From NCBI RefSeq assembly GCF_006345805.1, contig NC_043001.1:20150001-20214000 (forward strand): a stretch of 64,000 bases of DNA. The letters are read 5' to 3'. Of this stretch, positions 49,309 to 63,075 are shown in pieces. The position numbers were made by a program, and so were the translations under genes. This stretch comes from Octopus sinensis. Its lineage: Eukaryota. The first letter of the stretch is position 1, and each line of letters starts with the position of its first letter. The notes below the pieces were generated by a model. It made no database searches. It was not told the DNA's origin and saw nothing but the letters and a program-made list of their open reading frames with translations.

Positions 49309-52300
49309 CAATGATATGTTATGGCAAAAGTGCAGATAATTTTTGACTTCTTGTATATACAACACTTCCACAACATTCAAAATAAATAGAAGGCATTAAA
49401 AAACAACAATTTCATCATAGGGTCCACATTTGACGAAAAGTAAAAAAAAACCCACAATGTTCACAAAAAGTGACTACATATCATCATAGATCATACATCA
49501 TAAACCGTTTCTATTTTTTTTATATTTTGAGGATGATGAATAATGGTGAGGCTTAGCAGGTAGTGTGACCTCGAAAGTTATAGTTGCAAGCTGTTCATGT
49601 ATAGTAGAGTGGAGTGCAATTCCAACACAATGAAAGAAAAAAAAAAATGAAAGCACGTTTGTATAAGCAAGGGGCACAGTTTGTTAGAATGCTTCAACAC
49701 ACACTGTTCTGATGCCATGAAAAATCCCTTCCAAAAAACCTAGATACTTATATACAAGACTTCAGAATGCTATGATACCACTGTTTTAATTTCCACTTTT
49801 CTAAAAGCTTGCATGGATCAGATAGAATCCACTGAAGTAGGTTTTTCTGTGTCAAGATGCCCTTCTTGTTACTAACTAACCCTCATGTGTTTCCAAACAA
49901 TGTAATATAATCTCATGGCTGGACATGCTTCCATGGAAGACTGAAAATGAGAGACACCACTTGTATGACAGTGATGCTTGTTTACAAGTATAACATAAGG
50001 AGACACAAACACTATACACACACACATATATATAGAACAGGCTTCTTCCAGTTTCTGTCAAGCAGATCTAAGGTTTTGCTCAGCCTAGGGCTATAGCTGA
50101 AGATACTTGCCAAAGCTACCAAGTAGTGGGATTGAACCCAAAATCAAGTGGTTAAGGAGCAAACTTCAACCACACAGCCATGTCTATCCTAGTTCGTGTT
50201 TAAAAAAAGAAATGTAAAGGCCATCCAGCTGAGTGGTGCAGACACTAATTGCTGTAATCATTAGCTTAAAGTTAAGCTGTTTCTTCTTTGTCATTGTAAT
50301 ACTCAGGCAACAAGTGGTATATCACATTCAGTTAGATCTCTCCAATATCTGTCCATGTCAACCTAGAGGAGCAAGTGCAGTGCCCATGACACTTTTCAGG
50401 GCCTTCAAAATTGGTAGAAGGAAGGAAGGGAGGAGAAACTATGACTCAAGCACTGCAGCAGTAGGAAACATCATATCAAGACACTTCATTATTCCCACAA
50501 TAGGAACTTGGTCTAAATGCTTAAGACTCTACTTAAGGTATTAAAGCACCAGATGGTTGTGTTAAACCGGGTAACAGGTTAACACAACAAGTAAAATACA
50601 TATAACAAACTTTCTGCACGCTTTTCTGTCATTGCAGTTTCAATTATCAAGCTTGGGTCAACCTAAGGCTATAGTAGAAATAATCTGTCCTTGGCAGTGT
50701 ACAGTGGGATAGAACCCAGAACCACATGATTGTGAAGCAAACTTCTTTACACAACCACATCTGCATCCACTTTGTCACACTTTCCTCCAAACACTGCTCA
50801 GTCATTCATGTCTAGAACTATAGCACTCAAGGGCTCATTCTTTGCCTTTGGTTATTGCTGGGATGATCGTAGGCACTGCCTATTCTCTTCTAAGAGGGGA
50901 AAAAAGTTTCTACTTTGGAGGACATATCTTGCCACAGCCTTCTAAAACAGCTTGAAAAATACTATTATCAAACTAGATAACTTTTAGTTGCCTTTGATTT
51001 TGTAGCCTTAAATAATGGAAGTCTAAGGTTGAGCCATAAAAGCTACTAAACCTAACAAAGTCAGCCTACTCCTGTGAATTCACACACAAATTAGAGCAAG
51101 AGATTTTTCACTGAAATGAAAAAATAAAAGAAAATGATGTTTGACAAGGTTGTTGGAATGTGTGATTGACAAGTGTTGTCCTCACTCCTTGTTCAGTTTA
51201 TTACAATAACTATTTAGACATTTATAATCACAAATATCAGCTATATTTCACTCTTGACCCTATCATATGCAAATTTCCAAGTCATATTGATGGTAAATTT
51301 TGGCACAAGACCAGCAATTTTAGGGATGGATAAGTTGATAACATCAACCCCAGTGTTCAACTAGTATTTATTTTATCAACCCCAAGAAGGATGAAAGGTA
51401 AAGTTAACCTCTGCTGGATTTGAACTCAGAACAGAACAACAGATGAAATGCCATTAAGCATTTTACCTAGCATGCTAACGATTCTGCTAACTTGCAGCCT
51501 TAAATTTCCAGGTCATATCAACACAGGTTCATAAGGCCTTTAATGAGGTACATCCATAATTTCTCTCCAAACATATGCAATTTTCCAAATTTCCAAGATC
51601 ATATCTTCACAAACAAGCTCAACTGGTCCTAATGAACACTTCAGGAAATATCTCTAAAGCAGACTTGTTGAAAATGTTTCTTAGAAAGATAACGAAGAAA
51701 GAAAACGGTGGAGGAGGGGCTTCAAAAGAAGACCTGATGAAACAATTAGCTATTGCTTTTAAAATCAAATTAAAAGAAAATACATTTCAAAAATAATTTT
51801 TATATGCAAAAAAAAAAAAAAAATGTTTTCATTGTCTAAATGATTACAAAAAGAGAAGGTATATACTAACATTGGCTGTGGGTGGAATTTTAATACTAAG
51901 CTTTTACAATTATAGTGAGTGTTTTGACATTGACATCATGTATATAAGCACAACTACTGTGTCATTAACATTAGATAGTTATTGTTGAAGTGACAAAGTT
52001 TTGACAGTCATATTAACATAATAGCAAATATAGAACAAAGGTAGTTTTGTAGTTACTTTTTTTTTTATAGTTTCTTATAAAGAAAAGAAACAAACTGAAC
52101 TGAACATTCCAGTACAGAGCTGTCTACTTTTAAGTTGTAATTTCTATCAGTTACCTTTGTTACAACTATTATTTATAATAACAATACAGTATTATCACTT
52201 AATATCTTTCACAATGACGTTAAAGTTAACAAATTAAGAAAGAAGTTTTTAACATGGGAAAGTAATGTGGTTCAACAAATAAAGGAACTTTGCAGTCACT

Positions 52301-55300
52301 TGTATTGTACGGAACTGTGGTGCTTTCTCAATACTGCAAGTGAAAAATTTTGATCCATTTAGAGTTGCCAAAAATAAGTAACACTGATATAGAGGTTGTT
52401 CATTCAACTCACAATATTTCTGTTTAAAAATGAAATAAAAAAAAACAAAAAAACTATAGTGTTTATTCAAAAGAAATTAAAACTAGTTTAACCCTTTAGT
52501 GTTCAGATTATTCCGTCAAATGTGATGTTTGTTTATTTATATTGTTTTGAATTAATCCTGCATTATCTTGTAGTTTAGAGATTTCAGTGATGTGATTTTT
52601 TAGTTTTAGAATGACATGGTCGGACTGAGGTGAGAGGCGACATCTGGTCAGTTTCAATATAAAACGGGTTAAATATTTTGTCCGGATATGGCCGGTTTGA
52701 ATGCTAAAGGGTTAAAATTAAAATTTCTTACATGACCAAAATGCCACAAATTGCAGGGAAAGACAGCAGAGTTAAACTAAAATCAACTCCAGAAGATAAT
52801 TGATGTTTATTTTAAGAAAAATAAACCCCAGCAATACTTGAACTCAGAGCACAGCAGGACAAAACTGAAGACTGTTCTGCAATTAAACCAAGCGCTATCA
52901 TTTTTGGTTCTTCATGTGGCATACTTGTAGGGGAAGGAAGAATCACTTATATGTGTGACAGTAGCCATCATAAGGATGAAATAGATATTCAGAAAATACT
53001 GTCAACATTATTTCTAAACATAATCTAGGTGCCTCCAGCTTTTCTGCTATTACTAAGATCACAGCAATCTTTGAAACTCATAACTAGTATTGAAAAATCT
53101 ATGGTTTTTTACAATTCAGTTGAAATTGTTACATGTGAAAGCATGGAAAATTAAAACCAGAAACAGTTAGGCCTAACAGAAAACTAAAATCTATTGTGTC
53201 AATGTGTCTATTAAGAAAGAGATCTACTTTGGCTGCAGAATAATGAAGAGTTAAGAAAACTAGTACAACAAAGAGGGCAAGATCAACGACATAGCTGAGG
53301 TCAGAGAACTACAGGCTCTGCTGATGTCTAGATTGCTTCTGTTTGGGTTGAGTCATGATTTTGCCCTTAGATGTGGTTCCACTACAATCACAAAGAGTAA
53401 AGGAGCTATAAAGTCTCCCAGGGGATTCCTGCTGTTGTCGGAAACTCTTTAGCTGGACCATCAATGTTTTGCACAAAGCTAACACCACAAGGGAGATAGC
53501 TTTGACCATCCCATCTGAGATGCCATAGTTCAACATGATATGTAAGATGGTCCTTCTGTTGAAACTACCCTATGCCTTTGAGAAATTCACAAATACAGCT
53601 GATGCCTTTTCTTGGAGATTTTAAGATTTGTTTTTTTTTTATTCTTCTAAGAGCAAGTATGTGTAATAATGTTGATTTGTTTTTGCAGAGGCTGTTTGTT
53701 TCTCAATGCAAAGACTGAGTACAATAGCATCAATGATGACGAAAGTTACTTGCTTACGATCCACATGGTTCCGGGTTCAGTCCCACTGCATGGCACCTTG
53801 GGCAAGTGCCTTCTACTATAGCCTCGGGCCGACCAAAGCCTTGTGAGTGGATTTGGTAGACAGAAACTGAAAGAAGCCTGTCGTATATATGTATGTATGT
53901 GTGTGTATATGTTTGCGTGTCTGTCCTCCCCAACATCACTTGACAACTGATGCTGATGTGTTTACGTCCCTATAACTTAGCGGTTTGGTAAAAGGAGCTC
54001 GATAGAATAAGTACTAGGCTTACAATGAATAAGACCTGGGGTTGATTTGCTCGACTAAAGGCAGTGCTCCAGCATGGCCGCAGTAAAATGACTGATAAAC
54101 GTAAAAGAGTAACCCAAGGAAGTTGGTGACATCCAATATTGCTGGTCGTAAGAAAGACTCCATGATATGCAAGGGAAAAGCCTGAATTGCCCCTAACAAG
54201 TACAGAACATCTGGCAATTGAATATTTCAAAGTTAACAAAGCTGGCCTATCTACAAGAGTAGATAGCATTCCTTTTATGGATCCAAAACCTGGACTATGT
54301 GGGATCTTCAAGACTGCCTTCATGGTACATGAAGAATTAAAACTTCTCATGGCATAAGTACAAGATCAAAGAGAAGATTAATGGACATATTCTACTCATA
54401 TATGCTACTGTCGATCAATGCAGGGTAGGATTTAGTGACCACTGCTATTGTACTGAACAAAAAAAACCATATCAGACATGATATATAAGAGAATTCCACA
54501 CAACTACATTGATGTTATTGGCAGAGACACTAAACATGAAACTGAGGACCTACAAAAGCTAATGATAGAAATTCCTGGCACAGTGTGGTGAAACACATCT
54601 TTATTGCAGCCACTTGAACAATAGATATACACAAGTAAAATGCTGGAGTTTATTGCCCTCTTTCAAGATGCCTGAATGTTATGACTCATCTCCTCCAACA
54701 TGAGTCTTAACAGCTGGACATGTTTATATATAAATGCATGATTATATCTCTTTCATATAATTGTAAAGCAACACAGAAATATTGGTGGCAAAAGCATATA
54801 TATGTAGAGATATCATAGGGTTCAGAAAGACGTTTTAGTCTTGTTAAAGAAGACCTTTCTAGAGCTGGTGTCATGAAAATATGCCCTCAGTATGGACTAC
54901 AAGGAAGTTAGTGTTAGGGAGGGCATCCGACTGATGTAAATGAGCGTCATAGTTTCCTGGCGTCATAGTTTCCTAGAGAGCAATAACCTAAACAAGGACT
55001 GTGACTTTAACAATCTGCCTAACTCATGCCAGAATGGAAAGCAAATGTATAAGGATAATGATGATTATCTATGTATGTGTGCATGTGTATATATATTCAC
55101 ACACACACACATATATATATATATATACACACACACATACACATCAGTGTTTGACACTAGGTCATCAATTGTTTATTGCGGTACATTGTGTAGAGGATTG
55201 CCCTAGTCATTTTTCTCAGCTAGCAGTGAAAGGGAAGTCGACATCCCACTCCTCAGTTTAAACACCATTGCCTGGCCAATACGTGGTTTTAATACAGTTC

Positions 55301-55756
55301 ACACCGTTATAAGCTTTCATATCAGGTTCTCAAGCAGAGTACACCGACAGCCTCTACATTTCCCAAGATGCCAAACACTAACTAAATCTGCTGAACATTT
55401 CTCGGTCTTTTCAAACAGCCATTGACTACAATCCAGCCTAGATCCTACACCCTTATCCATGTAGTCTACATCTGCTGTCCAGGCTAAAACCCTTCACTCA
55501 AAACTTCATTCAGATGTCTGCACATATGGAGCTTCCACTTTCTCTGCCACTCACTTACCTCACCTAGATATCAGCAACGAAGACTTCAATTGATTTTCTC
55601 CCAATGTTTCTCTCCCTCACTCCTCATGCTATTAACTACTCTCAGCTCATCATATCCCTTCTAACACTGAGGACATCGATCTAACTTCATCCCTCTCCAC
55701 AAAAAGTCATTTTGTCCTCAGTGACTTCAATATTCACCATTTACCTCACCTCTCAT

Positions 55757-56052
55757 ATGTGGAGGAACATGGCCTAGTGGTAAGAGCAGCGAACTCGCGG
55801 CCGAGGGATCACAGGTTCGAATCTCAGACTGGGCGATGTGTGTGCTTATGACCGAAACACCTAAGCTCCACGCGGCTCCGGCAGAAGGTAATGGCGAACT
55901 TCTGCTGACTCTTTCACCACAACTTTCTCTCACTCTTTCCTCCTGCATCGTGCAGCTCACCTGCGATGGACCGGCGTCCCGTCCAGTGGGGAACCTATAC
56001 GCCAAGAAACCAGCCCTTATGAGCCAGGCATGGCTCGAGAAGGAACAACCAA
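55757..56052 (+). mobile_element. Family F SINE, full length with 10-bp TSD
   Basis: ACCTCTCATA on both sides; intact A and B boxes; AAC tail. Confidence 0.9.
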
Positions 56053-56974
56053 CAACCTCTCATACTGATGTCATCAGTGTAGAAACTAATCTTCTGCAAT
56101 CCTCAACTTTTCACATCAAATCGCTTCACCTTATTGTGTATTCTACAAACATGCATGATTGCACAACACACCTCTCACTTCCTGGACTCTATGGCACTTC
56201 AAGTCAGGTTATTGGTTGGACCCCAACAAGTTTTATACTAACTAGCCCTAAAAGTACTTGTGTGTTACCCCTAACCTATCTAAAACAGCTAGCTGAGTAA
56301 CTGAAATTATCTTCTTAGACATGTCCTCCACATTCCACACAAACAAACATCACAGCCCAAGTTCCCCAACTCATAATTGTGCTGAAATAGTTTAGGCCCA
56401 AAAACATGGCTTGCAATACTTGGAGAAATTTGCACACTCTTACAAACTGGATGGCTTGTCCCCAACATGGTAATTCCTGCAAAATCATCATTCAGACTTC
56501 AACTAAGTCATGAAAGTTCTTAAAAGAGAGCTTAAAATATTAGACCTCTCATGGTGAACCACTCACCAACATAGCAAAGCAGTTCTATTCAGCATGCAGT
56601 CTAACCCTAAACCCCAACTCAAATCAGGTCATTTCACAGCATACGCTATGGTTACTGTGGAAAACCACATGCTAAATTAGCATTGACTGTGCTTCCTTTT
56701 CAGAGTCCAAAACTATTTTCTCCCCAAACAACTACTATTTTTATTCTCCACAAAACTCAGGTGAGACCCACAATAGAGAACTGCTTCCACATCTGAGATG
56801 GCGCTGCAATTACTACACATACTGACATCCTAGGCCATATTCAAAGAGAGAATACTTATGCATGAAATTACTTACAAACACAAATGGATCTATGTCCGTT
56901 TTCTCTTTCTACCTTCTTTCCCAAAATATCTTTCAGCTGGGACATGGAACCCTAATCTGATTCAACTCCGTCCG

Positions 56975-57165
56975 GGTTGCGGATCCGTAGAACAAGCTGC
57001 CAGACGAGATGGTGAAGATGCCGACGACCGCTTTGTTCAAAGCCTCCCTGGACCTCAAGTGGCCTGAACTCTTTACATGAACACCACCCTGTACTTAACT
57101 CCATGTCCCCCTACATGGCCTTGCTATTTGCTTTTGAGCCAAATTAACTAACTAACTAACTAACA
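56975..57165 (+). mobile_element. Short CR1 3'-end insertion, second subfamily
   Basis: SVRVADP*NKLPDEMVKMPTTALFKASLDLKWPELFT* then a (CTAA)n tail. Confidence 0.75.
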
Positions 57166-60100
57166 GCGAAAGGAAACTGGCTACACACATCAAGAAATGG
57201 TCTTGTATCACAGCCCCTCTAGTTATGAACAACACGCAATTAAAAACCCTCAAAGTCACCACACATGCTAGACTCCACAATCTCTGAATATATCTCACAG
57301 TAATCTTAGGTTGCCAGAGTAACATCCTAAAGACCAGGCTTTAAATACTATAACTCTGATTAGTTGCCAACTCTCTGTAAAGCTCAAGTAAAATTAATGT
57401 TGGAATACAGATTACATATCACTATCTCTTCTACAATAGCCCGTGCTTTTCTGAACTATCAAACTACATTTCCCCTCCAAAATCACAGATTCTTTAAACT
57501 ACTTTCTTACCTACATAGGTTTAAACTGAATACCAGCTATAACCAGTTCATCAGTCGACAAAAATGCAGCAGTGCTCAACTAATGAAAAAAGAAATTGCC
57601 AGCAGGTATTGAACATTTGAAAGGCCTAATGCTCTCAGATGTAGTTTTACCCAAGTTTCCATGATGTAACCTCCACACATATAATTTAAATGACTTCTAA
57701 TCTTGATCCCACTTGATCCATACTTGTATATGGCCTCAATAGTTGCTTTCACATATGGATATACTAAGCATTCTCAAGAAGTCACTACTGTCTTATGTGG
57801 ACAAATACAGCTGTGTACTAACATTAGAAGTCATCAAATACCTAATTTTTAAAGTGGGCTCAAAATAATTTTCATACACAAACACAAAAAATTGTCGCTT
57901 ATGGTAAGGTGTAATTTAAGGGAGATTTGGCTGCTATTTCTAGCAGGCCTCTATTTTCTTTTATGAGCATAGTTCCAGATCGATTTATACTAGAAGGCCA
58001 CAACAGTTCTTTTACTTTATCACTGACAGTATTAGAAATCTATGTAGATCCAGAATAATGAAAATATTTGTGAACTATATAGGAACGAGCTTGGCAACTG
58101 ATATTCTCCGAAACAAAATCTGTTTACTTTAGCACAGTTCAGAATAAACGAACATGATATTGGTAAATTTGAGGTACTAAGTGTCTGAAACAAGAGAATT
58201 GGCCTCGTATATCCATGGAAATGGGAATCACTACAAAATGTCAAACAAGGAATGCTAGTTTTAATACTCACATAAGCAAATGAAGTCGATTCTAATACTA
58301 ACGGATGTGAGTAATGTAGTAAAATGGTTTAGCATTATAATAGGTGTTAAAAATACATTGATGGTTTAAAGGTGAAACAGCTATAAGAGATTAGCTTTGA
58401 AATACGTAAAAAAAAAAAAAAAAAAAGGAGACAAGAATGGAACAAAAAACAAAAATTCAAGCTACACAAAACGGTGCCCCTACGTGGCCTCAGCTGTGAT
58501 GGTTAAAACAGACGGAAGAACTAGATTCCATCAGCCAACTTGAAATATGAAAAAAGACTGGAATATATCGATTTACTTAAATGATGAATAATATAGACAA
58601 AGAAAAAATTCATCTGCAGGTAAAAATGATTTCACAAATACCAATATTTGGCTAATTTTTTTCGGTTTCAGTTTCCAAAAAAAAATTTTTTTTTTTAAAT
58701 CTATTTACTAAATACGATTTCGGATCCAGCACAAATCAAAATCCAAAGAGTTCAGAATGTAGAAGAACAGATAATCCATTAAAAAAAAGCAGGGGAAAAG
58801 GGGGACACTCTGTAACAACAAAATTAAAACTAAATTCATTAGTTTACTCACAAATGAAGTGAGACAAAGCTCAAATTAAGAGGGGGGGGGGTGAAACAGA
58901 TAAATCACCTTCTCCGTTCAAACACAAAGGTTATATTTTCAGTTGGCTGTGGAAATGGGTTTTAGTTTAGTCGCACAAAAGGAGGGGAAAATAAAACGAA
59001 GAGAATTACGGAATATGTGAAAAGTATTGCTTCACAATATTTGGGTCAGTTCTCTACAAAGTCAATTGTAAGGCATTGATGGTCAGCAAGGCAAAAATGT
59101 GTGCGTGTGTGCATCATGCGCGTTAAAAACTCTTGGAAACAAGTCGAATTGACAAAGATTGATGTTGTCCTTGGTTCAACATATTTATGTTGCTGAAGTA
59201 ATGATAAATCAAGCGAGATGATCAGCCAAACGGAACTTTGTACAGACACAATGTCAATAAAGCAAATACTTTGATGGTTTAGACGTTGAAATCGAGTTGA
59301 CTACAAGAAAGATTGGAGCAAAGTGAAACTTCATTCTGATGCGGGGAGAACATCGGAATATTCTTGAAAACTGAACGTTTAATTCGGTTTTACACTTAAA
59401 GAATAAAGTTGTGCTATCTTGAAAGGAATATGTAGGGATTAACGTTGATTTTAATGATTGAAAGGAAACCCCCCCGATACATTTAGAGTGAGCAGTAGTT
59501 TGTCGAAAACCAACACAACAAACGCATTATCTGCGTGTCCTGTATATTGAGTAAACGATACAGAATTTTAGGAGTGAAACAAGTTGAACTTACAATAGAA
59601 AACAAAAAACAATAATAATAATAATAATAATAATAATCCCAGCTATGCCGTTAATAGTTGAGAATATTATTTGAACTTATATATTATCAAGATATTTTTC
59701 TCGAAAACGGTTTCTTATCAATGTGAACTGAACCCATTTCAAGAAAAATGTCCAAAATAGTTGGTAAATGACGTTGCACAGCAAAAGCAGAAAGAAAGAA
59801 AGAAAGAGACGGATAGAGCGAGAGAGAGAGAGAGAGGGGGGGGAGAAAAAATCGATTCCTCTAATTGGCAATATATAAAACATAATTTGGTAAATGCTAT
59901 AACGGAAACAAAAACCAAATTGTGTTCGAAAAACAATATTTTTAGCAAAAACCGAAGCACACACAAAAAAAATTACTTTTGCGTTCAATAAACATTTTAA
60001 AAGTGAAGAATGTCTGAAATCTAACATTAAAATGGTACAAAAGTTATGATTAGAATTTTGATATATAATAACAATATTTAGATACATACCACTCATTTGT

Positions 60101-60682
60101 TCTGTAGGTTTCAATTGGCCTCTGTTTATGTGTGTGTGCGTATAATATAAATATATATATATATATGGTTAGAGATAAGGTTGTTTTGTTATGACCGGTC
60201 AGAGAGCGACCATTGGTATATGATATATATATGTATATATGTGTATATATATATATATATATATAGACAGAGAGTTGATAAATATAAGAGAGAGGTAACT
60301 AGAAGGACATTGTTCTATTGAAATTTATAATCTACTACCATTAATTCAGAAGTTTTTATCCTAAATACTAACAACTTGAACGATTCCTAAGCCACCCCTA
60401 AACAAGTTGTTGCTACCCAACAATAGTGTCAACTGTCTTCTCTTGTCACCAGTCTGTCAAGCAAATGGACCAAAACCTAGTAGTAGAAATAGTAATAATA
60501 AGAATCATAGAGAAGAATATAAACAGCCAAGGAAGTAAGTTAAACGAATGGAGGAACTGTGAAGAGGTCTTATGTATCAAATTGTCAAAAAAAAAATCGA
60601 GTAAAATAATTTGATATGGTTTTTTTTGTCAGTGGAATGAGAAAGTGTTGTTGTGAAGAATTTATGCCGAGATATTCTTTAC

Positions 60683-60925
60683 CTACATCTGTTCTCCGTT
60701 CGACGACAGTATTGCAGTGTACTTGTACCGTATGTGGATCCAATTTTCGGCTTCGTGCAAGCAGGAAATCAAAGCAACCGATCCCAGTTGAGTGTTTTCA
60801 AAAAGGTTTTCTCCTGAAATGTCCGAGTTAAACAATCCGAACTACTAAAGTATTCATCGTTGCTGCCCCCCGGTTTAAGGCAAGGCCCCATAATGCAATG
60901 CTGGTGGGCGTCAGGACAAATAAAG
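60683..60925 (-). other. Candidate non-coding first exon with a 40-codon uORF (60891-60769)
   Basis: Donor GTAG|GTAAAG at 60682; CpG-containing sequence just downstream of the Ets motifs; 5' boundary is a guess. Confidence 0.4.
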
Positions 60926-60955
60926 CTACTTCCGTTTCACCAACCGGAAGTGTAC
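60926..60955. promoter_or_regulatory. Inverted pair of Ets/GABP-like motifs, candidate promoter
   Basis: ACTTCCG at 60928-60934 and CCGGAAGT at 60944-60951; CpG visibly more frequent around 58.4-63 kb than in the introns. Confidence 0.45.
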
Positions 60956-61681
60956 GTGGATAAGCTATGGAGAAATGAATTCTAACAAAGGCGATTCTTC
61001 TATTATACATTATATATATATATATTGTCTTTTTTTGTTGACACAGTTATTTAACATTAAGGACTGTAATAAAATCCAAAAATGTCAAAAATAATTTATT
61101 CGTAATTTTTTAAACGAAATAATGGAAAAAAAAAAATATTTAATAAATCACACGAAAAAATTAATAGGAGAAATGTTAAGTTTTAACATTTAAGCTTTAT
61201 CCCAAATAGGCGACCCTAGGTGGTCGGTCGGCCTGCTAGAAATGGCAGTTAGATCGCACTACTTAATGGACACATTGACACAAAAACCTAATAATAGATA
61301 TGCAGAAATACGAGGTGGTCACGGCTGGGATGCTTTTAATATGAGGCTATTCGATCAGGGATAGCAATAACAAACAATCCAATGAGATTATTATTAACTG
61401 AAGTGAACGGGGAAATATAACCGGGGTACGGAACCGGGTCAACCCTATAATTCATCACAAAGCTATTATTATACTATGATAAATTGTAATATTTTTATTT
61501 TTAAAATACAAAATTAAGAGTACTACGATCAGATTCGTAATTTATTCATAATTGATAGTTTTCAAAATTAATTCGCCAAACACCCATATTTAGTTGGAGA
61601 AAAATAAACAAACAAAACATTTGTTTATTTTTATTTATTATTCCACCCCCACCTCGTCCCCGAAACCTCGCCACTTCTGCC

Positions 61682-62342
61682 ATCGCTGATTCATTCCGTC
61701 ATTCCTACAACGTTGTTGTTAGCTGAGAGAGCAGACCTAAAGTCAAGGGTTTTCCAGAGATGGCTATCCCTTTTATATTCAGACACAATGCATATAGGAC
61801 CTTGCATATAGGACATATCCAATATGTCGCCCCCTTTTTTTATAAGGAGCATGAAATTGATGGGATTCGACTGCTATTTCTAGCAGGTCGAGCTATCGCT
61901 GATTCATTCCGTCATTCCTACAACGTTGTTGTTAGCTAGACCCAAGAGTCAGTTCTGACAGAGCAGACTTAAAATCAAGGGTTTTCCAGCCATGGCTATC
62001 CCATTTATATTCAGATACAATGCATATAGGACCGAGTTATCCAAAATGTCGCCCCTTTTTTTAAAGGGAGCATGAAATTGATGGGATTCGACTGCTATTT
62101 CTAGCAGGTCGAGCTATCACTGATTCATTCCGTCATTCCTACAACGTTGTTGTTAGCTAGACCCAAGAGTCAGTTCTGACAGAGCAGACTTAAAATCAAG
62201 GGTTTTCCAGCCATGGCTATCCCATTTATATTCAGACACAATGCATATAGGACCGAGTTATCCAATATGTCGCCCCTTTTTTTTTTTTTATAGGGAACAT
62301 GAAATTGATGGGATTCGACTGCTATTTCTAGCAGGTCGAGCT
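61682..62342. repeat. Three tandem ~220-bp units derived from a SINE 3' half
   Basis: Units 61682-61894, 61895-62115 and 62116-62342, highly similar; motif CTGCTATTTCTAGCAGG also occurs dispersed near 34210, 57930 and 61230. Confidence 0.88.
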
Positions 62343-62653
62343 ATCACGTAAAAGAAACTCAATCGTTTGTTCGACAGTCTCTGTGGTAATCACAACCTCC
62401 TAAGACCATCTCTCTTTCTCTTGTCTTCGAGGTTCTACCAGGTTCCTGTGGGGACTGGTTAATAGGGTGCTGGTATGTGTTTGTGTTTGTGTGAGCAACT
62501 GAAAGGATTCATGTACTATAGTATGGGTGTTGTGTACACAACGGGTCTATTGTGTGTGGACTCCGTGTTGTGTAATTTAAACAAAAGCCTAGTTGTGAGC
62601 TTATTTTATTTTTTTGATACCATTTATACGGGTGTTGTTCTTATGCAGCCCTT

Positions 62654-63075
62654 AGGGTGGCGAGCTGGCAGAAACGTTAGCACGCCGAGCGAAATGCTTT
62701 GCGGTATTTCGTCTGTCGCTCCGATCTGAGTTCAAATTCCGCCGATGTCGACTTTGCCTTTCATCTTTTCGGGGTCGATTAAATAAGTACCAGTTACGCA
62801 CTGGGGTCGATATAATCGACTTAATACCTATGTCTGTCCTTGTTTGTCCCCTCTGTGTTTAGCCCCTTGTGGATAATAAAGAAATAGGTATTTCGTCTGT
62901 CGCTACGTTCTGAGCTCAAATTCCGCCGAGGTCAACTTTGCCTTTCATCCTTTCGGGGTCGATTAAATAAGTACTAACTGAGAACACGGGGGTCGATGTA
63001 ATCAACTTAATCCGTTTGTCTGTCCTTGTTTGTCCAACTCTGTGTTTAGCCCCTTGTGGGGTAGTAAAGAAATAT
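62654..63075 (+). mobile_element. Family C SINE, dimeric body
   Basis: Head followed by two ~200-bp bodies joined at AAAGAAATAGGTATTTCGTCTG. Confidence 0.87.

Larger units (their letters stand above)
55210..57600 (+). mobile_element. Old degraded LINE (L2/CR1-like), split by younger insertions
   Basis: FVLSDFNIHH (endonuclease GDFN-like) at about 55710-55740; LCKAQVKLMLEY (LYK.qVRP.LEY-like) at about 57373; boundaries approximate. Confidence 0.55.

Noticed and set aside
55836-56300. 154-aa plus ORF
   Set aside because: Reads through a family F SINE into decayed LINE sequence.
59677-60114. 145-aa minus ORF
   Set aside because: F/L/S-rich translation of (GA)n and A-runs; low-complexity artefact.
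60616-60831. Cys-rich 71-aa plus ORF resembling a zinc finger
   Set aside because: Antisense to the candidate first exon in stop-poor GC-richer DNA; Cys spacing fits no family I recognise.
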